From an uncultured Solirubrobacteraceae bacterium (GTDB lineage Bacteria > Actinomycetota > Thermoleophilia > Solirubrobacterales > Solirubrobacteraceae): a stretch of 64,000 nt of DNA. The notes below the pieces were generated by a model that was not told the origin of the DNA, did no database searches, and saw only the letters and a program-made list of their open reading frames with translations. Each line of letters opens with the position of its first letter. Position 1 is the stretch's first letter. The translations under genes were made by a program, and so were the position numbers. The stretch spans positions 25,090-89,089 of the forward strand of contig CAVSJY010000007.1 in the NCBI GenBank assembly GCA_963728465.1. The letters run 5' to 3'. Below are positions 1 through 9,854 of the stretch, one piece after another.

Positions 1-1201
1 GGACGACGAGCACGCCGCGCCGCGGGACGTAGCCGCCCTTCAGCCGCCCGCGGAACCGGACCCGCCCGCCGGGCCGCACGCGCCGCTGGGTCGCGCGCAT
101 GCGCACCCCGGCGCGGGTCCGCAGCCCGACGAGCTTCGTGACCGCCGGCTGCGAGTCCTCGGCGAACGGCGTGTAGCTGAAGCGGAACTGGCGCGAGGGC
201 CCGCGCCGCGCGCGGAACGCGAAGCCGCCGTCCTGGCCCGTGGAGATCGGCGGCCGCTCGCGGAACCCGCGGTTGCCGGTCATGATGCGGCTCGACACGC
301 GGATGACCGCGCCCGTGATCGGCGCGCCGGCCTCGTTCGTCAGCCGCCCGCGGACGTACGTCGCGCGGCCGAACGGGATCGTCTTGCGCGGCTTGCGGCG
401 CTTCTTGCCGAAGCCCGCGATCATCCGCGCGCCGCGCGACGCCCCGGCCCCGTTCGGGACCGGGTCGAGCGTGACCGCGCGCGCGACGGTGGTCGTCCGG
501 CCCGTCAGGTCGACCGCGCGGATCGCCAGCCGGTACCGGCCGCTCGGCATCCCGGACGTGTCCAGCGTCGCGCTGTACGGCCGCGTCCGGTCGCGCACCG
601 GCGCGCGCTGGCCGATCCGGAACTCGACCCGCGCGAGCCCGCGGTTGTCCGACGCGCTCGCCCGCACGGCGACCGGCGTGCCCTGCGGCACGCGGGCCGG
701 AGCGGACGCGAACGCGACCCGCGGCGCCTCGCCGGGGAGCACCGTGTACTGGAGGTAGACCCCGTTGGGCCACCAGTTCTCCGGGTTGTTCTCCATCCAG
801 CCGCGGTACTCGGCCACCGGCGCGAAGTACTCGTTGAAGACGGTGGTCGCGCTCACCGCGGGCGCCAGCACGGTGAAGGTGAAGCGCCCGACGTTGCCGG
901 GCTCGACGAACGGCTGGTCGAGCGGGGTCGGCCGCGAGACGTTGATCCACGACGCGTGCGCGAACGCGCTGCCGCGGTCGCGCGGGTTGGTGGTGCCGAG
1001 GCGGACGACGTCGTTGGTCCAGGTGGCGGAGCCGACGTTCTGCGCGTCGAACCACGAGGTCGCGGTCTCGCCGGACTCGAGCGTCAGGTAGGCGCTCTGC
1101 CCGATCCACTTCGCCTCGTAGCCGTTCTCGGCCGCCGCCGGCGCCGCGACGGCGAGCGTGACGGCCGCGGCGAGCAGTCCCGTCCCTGGTCCCCTCCGCA
1201 C
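1..1201 (-). CDS. secreted protein, C-terminus outside the window (beta-rich, Ig-like / carboxypeptidase-regulatory-like segments)
   Basis: It is missing from the ORF track because it runs off the window. My own reverse-strand translation from GTG at 1201 has no stop down to position 1 and has GC-rich third positions. The N-terminus VRRGPGTGLLAAAVTLAVAAPAAA looks like a signal peptide. Confidence 0.55.
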   Translation of the reverse strand, partial: MRRGPGTGLLAAAVTLAVAAPAAAENGYEAKWIGQSAYLTLESGETATSWFDAQNVGSATWTNDVVRLGTTNPRDRGSAFAHASWINVSRPTPLDQPFVEPGNVGRFTFTVLAPAVSATTVFNEYFAPVAEYRGWMENNPENWWPNGVYLQYTVLPGEAPRVAFASAPARVPQGTPVAVRASASDNRGLARVEFRIGQRAPVRDRTRPYSATLDTSGMPSGRYRLAIRAVDLTGRTTTVARAVTLDPVPNGAGASRGARMIAGFGKKRRKPRKTIPFGRATYVRGRLTNEAGAPITGAVIRVSSRIMTGNRGFRERPPISTGQDGGFAFRARRGPSRQFRFSYTPFAEDSQPAVTKLVGLRTRAGVRMRATQRRVRPGGRVRFRGRLKGGYVPRRGVLVV

Positions 1202-1217
1202 GGGCCGAAGGGTAGCG

Positions 1218-2209
<992 letters not shown>

Positions 2210-2222
<13 letters not shown>

Positions 2223-3118
2223 ACCACGGGGCCGGCGGTGAGCAGGTGCGAGCCGAGCGGCCGGCCGAGCACCTCCTGCGCCGCGCGCGACGCCTCGAGC
2301 AGCGCCTCGAGCGAGATGCCGGTGTCGATCCCCATCTCGTGCAGCATCGACACGACGTCCTCCGTCGCGACGTTGCCGGTCGCGCCCTTCGGGACCGGGC
2401 AGCCGCCGAGCTCGCCGAAGCTGGACTCGAACGAGGTCACGCCCGCGTCGTGCGCCGCGAGCACGTTGGCCAGGCCCTGCCCGCGCGTGTTGTGGAAGTG
2501 GGCCGTGAGCTGGACGTCCTCTCCGAGCGCCTCGCGGGCACGTGGGAAGAACTCGCGCACCTGCGCGGGGTTGGCCATGCCGGTGGTGTCGCCGAAGCCG
2601 ATCTCCTGCGCGCCGGCGGCGACGAGCCGCCGGGCGATCTCCAGCACCCGCTCCGGCGGGACGTGGCCCTCGTAGGGGCACCCGAAGGCGACGGAGATGA
2701 CGCCCTCGGCGCGCAGCCCGGCGTCGCGGGCGCGCGGGAGCAGCCGCTCGATCCCGGCCAGCGACTCCTCGATGCTCCGGTTGACGTTGCGGCGGTTGTG
2801 CTCCTCGCTGGCCGACAGGAAGACGTTGACCTCGTGGAAGCGCTCGCGCAGCTGGAGGGCGTTGTCGAGCCCGCGCTCGTTCGGGATCAGCACGGACAGG
2901 GCGACCTCGTCCGGCACGTCGATCGCCTCGAGCACCTCGCGGGCGTCGGACAGCTGCGGGATCACGTCGGCGCGCACGAAGCTCGTCACCTCGAGCCGGG
3001 TGAGGCCAGTGCGGGCGAGCATCTCGATCAGCCGGACCTTGTCGGAAGTGGCGATCACCTCCGGCTCGTTCTGGAAGCCGTCGCGCGGCCCGACCTCGCG
3101 GATGTCGACGTGCGGCAC
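2210..3118 (-). CDS. hydroxymethylglutaryl-CoA lyase family protein (HMGL-like aldolase)
   Basis: The 302-aa ORF has the HMGL signature (EVGPRDGFQNE, FGCPYEG, GDTTGMANP, HFHNTRGQGLANV, GGCP). It starts with GTG at 3118 and overlaps the murB start by 13 nt. Confidence 0.88.
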
Positions 3119-3182
3119 GCGCCTGAGTCTAGGTGCCAGTCCCCGGAAGTACGGCGCATCGGCCGGCGGCGTCCGGGTCGTG

Positions 3183-3246
3183 CCTGCCGGTGCCCGGCAT
3201 CCGTGAGCATGCTGGTGGCACGTGACGGATGCCGGGTGCCGGCAGG
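3183..3246. promoter_or_regulatory. 22-bp-arm inverted repeat in the divergent promoter region between the HMGL-like gene and npdG
   Basis: CCTGCCGGTGCCCGGCATCCGT (3183..3204) pairs with ACGGATGCCGGGTGCCGGCAGG (3225..3246), 20 of 22 complementary with a 20-nt spacer. It lies in a 187-bp non-coding gap. Confidence 0.45.
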
Positions 3247-3305
3247 TGCGGGCCGGGCCCGCCGGAATGCGTCGTAATTTCGGGGGCTGGTACTAGGCTC
3301 CGGGC

Positions 3306-3989
3306 ATGGCGGACTCCGTGACGGTGATCGGCGCCTCGGGCGCGCTGGGATACGGGCTGGCGCTGCGCCTGGGCATGGCCGGCGTGCCGGTCGTGATCGG
3401 CTCGCGCGACGCCGGGCGGGCCGAGGAGACGGCGGCGAAGCTGGCCGCGGACGTGCCGGACGGCAGCTTCGAGGGGCTGGAGAACGGCCCGGCGGCGGCG
3501 CGCAGCGAGATCGTGTTCCTGTCGGTCCCGTTCCGGTCGCAGTCCGAGACGCTGACGAACCTCAAGGAGCACCTGCGCGAGGGGCAGCTGGTGGTCGACG
3601 CGACGGTGCCGCTCGCCGCCGCCGTCTCCGGCAAGGCGACCCGCATGCTCGGCGTGTGGCAGGGCAGCGCGGCGCAGCAGGCGGCGGAGATGGTGCCCGA
3701 CGGCGTGCGGGTGGTCTCCGCGCTGCACACGGTCAACGCGCCGGCCCTGCGCGACCCGGACGCGACGCTCGACGAGGACGTGCTCGTGTGCGGCGACCGG
3801 AAGGCCGACAAGGCGCGCGCGGTGGCGCTGATCGAGCGCATCCCCGGGTTGCGCTGCGTCGACTGCGGGCGGCTCGAGACCTCGCGGACCACGGAGTCGC
3901 TCACCGCGCTGCTGATCGGCATCAACGCCCGCTACAAGACGCATGCCGGCGTGCGGATCACCGCGCTGCCGGATCGCCCGTGGTCGTAG
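3306..3989 (+). CDS. npdG: NADPH-dependent F420 reductase
   Basis: The 227-aa ORF has an N-terminal Rossmann motif (VIGASGALGYGLALRL). It resembles the NpdG/Fno family overall and sits directly upstream of cofD. Confidence 0.8.
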   Translation: MADSVTVIGASGALGYGLALRLGMAGVPVVIGSRDAGRAEETAAKLAADVPDGSFEGLENGPAAARSEIVFLSVPFRSQSETLTNLKEHLREGQLVVDATVPLAAAVSGKATRMLGVWQGSAAQQAAEMVPDGVRVVSALHTVNAPALRDPDATLDEDVLVCGDRKADKARAVALIERIPGLRCVDCGRLETSRTTESLTALLIGINARYKTHAGVRITALPDRPWS

Positions 3990-4886
3990 TCCTGGCCGGC
4001 GGAACCGGCGGCGCGAAGCTGGCGCGCGGGCTGGCCGAGGTCGCCGAGGACGTCGTGGTCGTCGCCAACACCGGCGACGACGTCGAGATCCACGGCGGCT
4101 ACGTCTCCCCCGACCCGGACCTCGTCACGTTCTGGCTCGCCGACCTGATCGACGAGCGCGGCTGGGGCCTGCGCGGGGACACGTTCGCGGTGATGGACGG
4201 GCTGCGGGCGCTCGGCGACGACGTCTGGTTCAGCCTCGGCGACCGCGACCTGGCGCTGTGCCTGCGGCGGGCGCGGCGGCTCGCCGAGGGCGCGTCCTTG
4301 ACGGAGGCGATCGACGAGGCGCGGCGCGCGCTCGGCGTCACGGCGCGGGTGCTCCCGATGGCCGACGACCCGGTCCGGACGTGGGTCGAGGCGGACGGCG
4401 AGTGGTGGCCGTTCCAGGACTTCATGATCCGCCGGCGGGGCGGCCGGGCCGGTGACGGGCGTGTCGTTCCGGGGCGTGGAGTCCGCGCGCGCCACCCCTG
4501 AGGTCCTCTCGGCCATCGAGGCGGCGCGGGCGGTGGTCATCGGGCCCTCCAACCCGGTCATCTCGATCGGCCCGATCCTGACCGTGCCGGGGATCCGCGA
4601 GGCGCTGGCCGCATGCCCGGCGCCGGTCGTCGCCGTCTCGCCGCTCGTGCGCGGCGAGGTCCTGAAGGGCCCGACGGCGGCGTTCATGGAGCACGCGGGG
4701 CTGCCGCTGACCTCCGACGGCGTGGTCGCCGCATACGAGGGGCTGATCGACGGGCTCGTGGCGGACGAGCGCGCGTCAGGGGTGCCGACGCTGGAGATCG
4801 ACGTCGAGCTCGGCACGGCGGAGGCGCGGGCGCGGGTGGCACGCGCGACGCTGGAGTTCGCCGCGGCCCTTGCCGGTCAGTCGTAG
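3980..4886 (+). CDS. cofD: 2-phospho-L-lactate (EPPG) transferase CofD/FbiA, with an apparent frameshift near 4440
   Basis: The N-terminal part (VVLAGGTGGAKLARGL ... WPFQDFMIR) is in the frame of ORF 3656..4501. The C-terminal part (VSFRGVESARATPEVL ... GPSNPVISIGPIL) is in ORF 4452..4886. The two halves join only with a 1-nt shift. Confidence 0.85.
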
Positions 4887-5620
4887 TCGGCGATCCAGAG
4901 CCGGAACCCGATGTCCAGGGCGTCGCGGTCGAGCAGGTCGGCGTGGCGGCGCTCCCACTCGCCCGACTCGAGGTCCGCGCGCAGCCGGTCGATCGCCTCG
5001 TCGACGTCCGCCTGGGGCAGCAGCCGACACAGCGAGATGCCGGCGCGCACCGCAGGGTCGAGGTACGCGTGCGGGCGGCGCCAGTACGCGCCGAGGAAGC
5101 CGTCGCGGCAGTCGTGCGGGATCGGCACCGCCTGGGTGCGGGTGAGCCCGAGGTGCTCCTCGACGTCTCCCAGCTTCCTGTCCTCCGGGCGCCATGTCAC
5201 GAGGTACTCGCGGGCCAGCCAGAAGTCGTTGAGCGCCTCGATCTCGAAGCCGAAGATCACCGCGCGCTTCCGGGCGACGCGGCGCATCTCGCGGAGGCCG
5301 GCCACGCGGTCCGGCCAGTGGTGATCGCTCAGCACCGCCATCGCGGCGTCGAAGTGGTCGTCGGGGAACGGGAGCGCCTCGGCGGTGGCCCGGACCACCG
5401 GCGCGGCGCCGGGCGGGCGCTGGGCGATCATCACGTCGGAGGGCTCGACCGCCACGACCTCGCGGTCGCGCGGCTCGTATGAGCCCGCGCCGGCGCCGAC
5501 GTTCACGACCGTGCGAGCGTCCCCCAGCGCCGCGTGGATGGCGGCGGCGATCCGCGGGTCCTCGCCCCGCACCCGCGTGTAGCCGACTCCGAGCGTGTCG
5601 TACAGCGCCACGTCCGACAT
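4877..5620 (-). CDS. class I SAM-dependent methyltransferase
   Basis: The 247 aa from MSDVALYD (ATG at 5620) carry the SAM-binding motif [12 protein letters not shown]. The upstream part of ORF 4877..6103 is Ser/Ala/Arg-rich shadow sequence. Confidence 0.8.
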   Translation of the reverse strand: MSDVALYDTLGVGYTRVRGEDPRIAAAIHAALGDARTVVNVGAGAGSYEPRDREVVAVEPSDVMIAQRPPGAAPVVRATAEALPFPDDHFDAAMAVLSDHHWPDRVAGLREMRRVARKRAVIFGFEIEALNDFWLAREYLVTWRPEDRKLGDVEEHLGLTRTQAVPIPHDCRDGFLGAYWRRPHAYLDPAVRAGISLCRLLPQADVDEAIDRLRADLESGEWERRHADLLDRDALDIGFRLWIADYD

Positions 5621-5672
5621 CGTCGCAGCGCCCGGCCCCCGGCGCTCACCGCGCCCGGCTACGATCGGCTCG

Positions 5673-6332
5673 ATGCGGACGGTCGCGGTCCTGCCCATCA
5701 AGACGTTCTCGCGCGCGAAGCACCGCCTGAGCGAGGGCGTCGGCGCGCCGGACCGGCGCGAGCTGGCCGAGGCGATGGCGCGCGACGTGCTGGAGGCGCT
5801 CGCCGCCGTGGACGGCCTCGACGGGGTGGTGGTCGTCACGGCGGAGCCCGTGGCGACGGCGGCGGCGCGCGAGATCGGCGCCGAGGTCGTCCGCGACGAC
5901 CGCGAGGCCGGCCAGTCCGTCGCGGCCGCCATCGGCGTGCGGTCTGCCGTGTCGAGCGGCGCCGAGCGCGCGCTGCTCGTGCCCGGCGACTGCCCGGCGC
6001 TCGATCCGGGCGAGCTCGGCGCGCTGCTCGCCCGGCCCGTCATGCCGTCCGTCGTGATCGTGCCCGACCGCCACGGGTCCGGGACGAACGCGCTCCTGCT
6101 CACGCCGCCGGCCGTGATCGCCCCCTCGTTCGGGCCGGGCTCGTTCGCCCGTCACGCCTCCCGCGGGCGCGCCGCCGGGGTGCCGGTCAAGGTGGCCGGC
6201 GTGCCCTCGCTCGGCCTGGACGTGGACACGCCGCAGGACCTCGAGGCGCTCGCCGCCACGCTCGCGGGGCGCGCCGGCGGGGCGCGCCGGACGCGCGAGC
6301 TGATCGCACGGCTGGTCCCCGCTCCCGCGTGA
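5673..6332 (+). CDS. cofC: 2-phospho-L-lactate / phosphoenolpyruvate guanylyltransferase CofC/FbiD
   Basis: From [19 protein letters not shown], with PGDCPALD and [10 protein letters not shown] motifs typical of CofC. Its stop overlaps the cofE GTG (GTGA at 6329..6332). Confidence 0.85.
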   Translation: MRTVAVLPIKTFSRAKHRLSEGVGAPDRRELAEAMARDVLEALAAVDGLDGVVVVTAEPVATAAAREIGAEVVRDDREAGQSVAAAIGVRSAVSSGAERALLVPGDCPALDPGELGALLARPVMPSVVIVPDRHGSGTNALLLTPPAVIAPSFGPGSFARHASRGRAAGVPVKVAGVPSLGLDVDTPQDLEALAATLAGRAGGARRTRELIARLVPAPA

Positions 6333-7055
6333 CGCTGTCGGCGGAGCCGATCCCCGGGCTGCCGGAGGTGCGCCCGGGCGACGACCTCGCGGCGCTGCTG
6401 GCGCGCGCCGGCGCGCTGCGTCGCGGCGACGTGCTGGCCGTCGCGCACAAGGTCGTCTCCAAGGCCGAGGGCCGCGTCGTCCGGCTCGGCGACGTCACAC
6501 CGGGCAAGCGTGCCACGCGACCTCGCCGCCGAGCACCGCAAGGACCCGCGCCTGGTCGAGGTGATCCTCTCCGAGGCGGCCGAGCTGGTCCGCGCGGACG
6601 CGGGGCGCCTCATCTGCCGCACCCGCCACGGGTTCGTGTGCGCGAACGCGGGCGTCGACTCGTCCAACGCCGGCGAGCCGGACGCGGTCGTCCTGCTGCC
6701 CGAGGACCCCGACGCCTCCGCGCGGGCGCTGCGCGCCCGGCTCGGCGCCGCTGTGGTGATCACCGACTCGTTCGGCCGCGCGTGGCGCCACGGCCAGTGC
6801 GAGATCGCGATCGGCTGCGCCGGCCTCGCCCCGCTGGCCGACTGGCGCGGCCGGCCGGACAGCGACGGCCGCGAGCTCGCCGCGACCGTGATCGCGATCG
6901 CCGACGAGGTCGCCGCCGCCGCGGACCTCGTCCGCGGCAAGGACTCGCGCGAGCCCGCCGTGGTGATCCGCGGGCTCGAGCGCTACGTGTCCGACGAGGA
7001 CGGGCCGGGCGCCGCCGCACTGGTGCGCGCCCGAGAGGCCGACCTGTTCAGGTAA
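6329..7055 (+). CDS. cofE: F420-0:gamma-glutamyl ligase CofE (single domain), with an apparent frameshift near 6512
   Basis: The N-terminal 60 aa ([20 protein letters not shown] ... [11 protein letters not shown]) are in one frame. The rest ([50 protein letters not shown]) is in ORF 6510..7055. It ends at TAA 7053..7055 with no nitroreductase-like extension. Confidence 0.85.
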
Positions 7056-7064
7056 GCGTCCCCG

Positions 7065-7517
7065 CTACTTCATTTCGCTGCGCGGAGGGGTCAGACCCCT
7101 CAGCGCGGCGCGCTTGGCGCGGGCGGCGCGCGCGTCGAAGCGGTCGCGCGCCTCCTCGACCTGCTTGCCGTGCGCGAGCGACCATGAGCCGAGCGCCTTC
7201 AGCGGCGGGGCCATCGTCGCGCCGAGCGAGGTCAGCGCGTACTCGACGCGCGGCGGCACCTCGGCGTGCACGCGGCGTGCCACGAGGCCGTCGCGCTCCA
7301 TCGCGCGCAGCGTCTGCGTGAGCACCTTCTCCGAGATCGGCGAGAGCTCCTCGAGCAGCTCGTGGTAGCGCCGCGTCCCGTCGCCCAGCGCGAGCAGCAC
7401 GTCGACCGCCCACTTCGAGCTCAGCAGGCAGATCGAGTCTCGGATCAGCCGCGCGCTGCGACCGCGTTCGGCGACGCGGCGCTCCCGGGCGCGGGCGGGC
7501 AACGACGGTGCGGTCAT
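7065..7517 (-). CDS. HxlR-family winged-helix transcriptional regulator
   Basis: The 150-aa ORF has [39 protein letters not shown] and PPRVEYALT, as in HxlR proteins. There is a 4-nt overlap with the upstream sigma factor gene. Confidence 0.85.
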   Translation of the reverse strand: MTAPSLPARARERRVAERGRSARLIRDSICLLSSKWAVDVLLALGDGTRRYHELLEELSPISEKVLTQTLRAMERDGLVARRVHAEVPPRVEYALTSLGATMAPPLKALGSWSLAHGKQVEEARDRFDARAARAKRAALRGLTPPRSEMK

Positions 7518-8107
7518 GCCTCAGCCCCTCTCATAGAAACGGTCAGGGCCCGCAGTGCGCGCGATACGCGCAGCCGCGCGGCGTTCTGGCTGCACCCGAG
7601 CGCACCTGCCACCTCGTCGTAGTCCAGTTGCTCGACCACCCGCAGCTCGACCGCCCGCCGCTGCTCGGCCGGCAGCGCGCGCATCGCCAGCCGCAGGGCC
7701 GGCCCCATCGCGTGCGCCGAGATGCGCTCGTCGACCCGCTCGTAGTCCTCGCACTCGGCGAAGGCCAGCGGCATGCCGAGCCGCTGGCGCGCCGCGGTCT
7801 CGATCCGGTTGTGCTTGTGGTACTGCCGCACGAGGTTGCGCGCGATGCCGAACAGCCACGGCGCGCCCGAGCCTTCGGCCATGTCCTTGAAGCGCTTCGA
7901 CGAGTGCCAGGCCTGGGCGAACGTCTCGGCGGTCAGGTCGAGTGCGGCGGTCTCGGAGCCGGTCTGGCGCAGCAGCCAGGACCGCATCCAGACCGCGTAG
8001 CGGTCGTAGAACTCGCGAAAAGCCATCGGGTCCTGCCGAGCCGCCAGCAGCAGCTCGGCGTCAGTCCTGTCCACTCGGTGCGTCGCCTCTCCAGAAGGTT
8101 CGCTCAC
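7514..8107 (-). CDS. ECF-type RNA polymerase sigma-70 factor
   Basis: The 197-aa ORF has region 2 (FREFYDRYAVWMRSWLLRQTG, APWLFGIARNLV) and region 4 (LPAEQRRAVELRVVEQLDYDEVAGALGCSQNAARLRVSRAL). Confidence 0.88.
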   Translation of the reverse strand: MSEPSGEATHRVDRTDAELLLAARQDPMAFREFYDRYAVWMRSWLLRQTGSETAALDLTAETFAQAWHSSKRFKDMAEGSGAPWLFGIARNLVRQYHKHNRIETAARQRLGMPLAFAECEDYERVDERISAHAMGPALRLAMRALPAEQRRAVELRVVEQLDYDEVAGALGCSQNAARLRVSRALRALTVSMRGAEA

Positions 8108-8161
8108 CTCGATGATGAACGGTGAGGCCGAACGATGTCTTAAGTTCGCGAGAAGACGCCG

Positions 8162-9853
8162 TTATCCCTGCGGGGTGAGATCGCGCTCGAACACCCGCTC
8201 GAGGCGCGAGCTCGCCGTCCGCGTGGTCGCTCCGCGCGGTCTTCTCGAGGATGAAGCTGAGCGCGGCGATCCTCGAGCACGAGGCTCGCGACCTGGTTGT
8301 CGAACCACGGCTCGTCGTGTACGTAGCGCCACCGGACCGGCGGCGGCTCGACACGCGCGCGCTGCGCCGCCAGCAGCCGCGACAGCGACGGTCCCGAACC
8401 GCGAGGCCGCGATCCGCAGCATGCGGCGCTCGCGCTGGTCGAGCGGGTTGCGGAACGGGGAGCAGACGGCCTGCCAGACCTGCGACTGCATGCCCGTCCC
8501 GCGCCGATACGCGACCTCCGCCAGGTAGGCGTGGTGCACGTCGCCCGACAGCGCGACGATCGTCGCCGGCGGCTCGCCGCGCGCGCCCGTCCCGATGTCG
8601 CGGATCAGGTTGCACATCCCGTCGAACGCGTCGTGGAACGCCGCCCAGTGCTCGAGGTCCAGCCCCTGGCGGATCTTCTCCCCCACCCACGACGCGAAGC
8701 GGCCCCAGGCGCCGTCGCAGACCGCCTCGTTCCAGGCCTCGAGGCCGTGCAGCGCCGGGGTGAGGAACAGCGGCAGCGACGTGCCGAGCAGCAGGTGGCG
8801 GACGTCTCCGGTGGCGTGCTCCTCGATCCAGCGCCACTCGCGCGGGTCGACCATCGAGCGCACGCCCGGCTGGAGCACGCGGCCGGCGCGCGAGTCCAGC
8901 ATCACCACGCGCGCGGGCCCGATGTCGCGGCAGAAGCTCCAGCGCGTGCCCTCCACCTCGCGATCCGCCCTGAAGGCGAAGTCGCGCAGCAGATCCGTGG
9001 CGTCGGCGCCGTTGTCGGTGACCCGCCGGAAGAGGCCGTCCTCCTTCAGGTCGCCCGGCGACAGGTTCCCCCAGTGCTGGTAGACGAGGTAGGACATGAA
9101 GCCGCCCTCGATGCGGCGGTCCCACCACCCCTTGGCCCGCATCTGGCGCACCCACGTGAGCGACGTGTTCCAGTCGTCGTGGACGTCGTGGTCGTCGAAG
9201 ATCATCGCCGACGGCACGGTGGACAGCAGCCAGCGGATCGTCGGCTGGCCCCACGACTCGCGGTAGAGCTGCGTGTACTCCTCGAAGTCGGCGACGGTCT
9301 CGCCCGGCGGCACCTCGGGGTCGCGCCGCCGGCGGATGAACTCGCGCACGCCGGGCGAGCACTCGTCCGCGTAGACCTGGTCGCCGAGCAGGAGCAGCGC
9401 GTGCGGCCACTCCTCGGCGGGGCGCTGCGCCATCCGCTGCGCGATCGCCACCAGCGCGTCGACCTCGCGGCCGCTGGGGTCCTCGTCCTTGGGCAGCGAG
9501 TACGGCGGCTCGTGCGGCGCCGCGACGCGGCAGGAGCCGAACAGGATGCGCGTCGTGTCGCCCTCGCGGCCGCTGTGGGTGCGGATCACGCTCCGCGGGA
9601 ACTTCGAGTCCACCTCGGGCCAGGCGCGCTCGCCGTCGAGCAGCACCTCGTACGGCGCCGCGGTGTCGGGCTCCAGGCCGTCGCAGTGCACGATCGCGTA
9701 GTGGTGGCCGGCGACGGAGAACGTGCGGCGCGAGCACTCTTCCGCGCCCTCGATCCGCACCGAGACCGTGCACGGGCCGTCGGTCTCGACCCAGATCGTC
9801 GCCTCGTCCGTGCCCGCGTAGCGCAGCAGCGGCCCGAGTACGAGTCCTGCCAT
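8162..9853 (-). CDS. PhoD-like alkaline phosphatase / metallophosphoesterase, with 2-3 apparent frameshifts in the last ~90 codons
   Basis: ORF 8162..9853 has LLLLGDQVYAD, IFDDHDVHDDWN and LSGDVHHAYL. After RIAASRFG the sensible sequence moves to other frames (PSLSRLLAAQRARVEPPPVRWRYVHDEPWFDNQVASLVLE, then LSFILEKTARSDHADGEL). It lies 1 nt downstream of fbiC. Confidence 0.8.
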   Translation of the reverse strand: MAGLVLGPLLRYAGTDEATIWVETDGPCTVSVRIEGAEECSRRTFSVAGHHYAIVHCDGLEPDTAAPYEVLLDGERAWPEVDSKFPRSVIRTHSGREGDTTRILFGSCRVAAPHEPPYSLPKDEDPSGREVDALVAIAQRMAQRPAEEWPHALLLLGDQVYADECSPGVREFIRRRRDPEVPPGETVADFEEYTQLYRESWGQPTIRWLLSTVPSAMIFDDHDVHDDWNTSLTWVRQMRAKGWWDRRIEGGFMSYLVYQHWGNLSPGDLKEDGLFRRVTDNGADATDLLRDFAFRADREVEGTRWSFCRDIGPARVVMLDSRAGRVLQPGVRSMVDPREWRWIEEHATGDVRHLLLGTSLPLFLTPALHGLEAWNEAVCDGAWGRFASWVGEKIRQGLDLEHWAAFHDAFDGMCNLIRDIGTGARGEPPATIVALSGDVHHAYLAEVAYRRGTGMQSQVWQAVCSPFRNPLDQRERRMLRIAASRFGTVAVAAAGGAARACRAAAGPVALRTRRAVVRQPGREPRARGSPRSASSSRRPRGATTRTASSRLERVFERDLTPQG

Positions 9854-9854
9854 G

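Noticed and set aside
4430-4455. Programmed ribosomal frameshifting as an explanation for the split genes (checked at the cofD, cofE, fbiC, htrA and ecm junctions).
   Set aside because: There are too many events, they go in both directions, and I saw no recurring slippery heptamer or downstream structure at the junctions I inspected. Homologues of these genes are not known to be recoded.
5534-7321. A 595-aa plus-strand ORF, and many similar long ORFs (e.g. 8531..10036, 9586..11322, 16110..17234, 19181..20560, 36475..39057, 41443..44544).
   Set aside because: They are extremely Arg/Gly/Ala/Pro-rich with no recognisable motifs. They lie antisense or out of frame to genes with clear homology. 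These are the typical shadow ORFs of a >70% GC genome.
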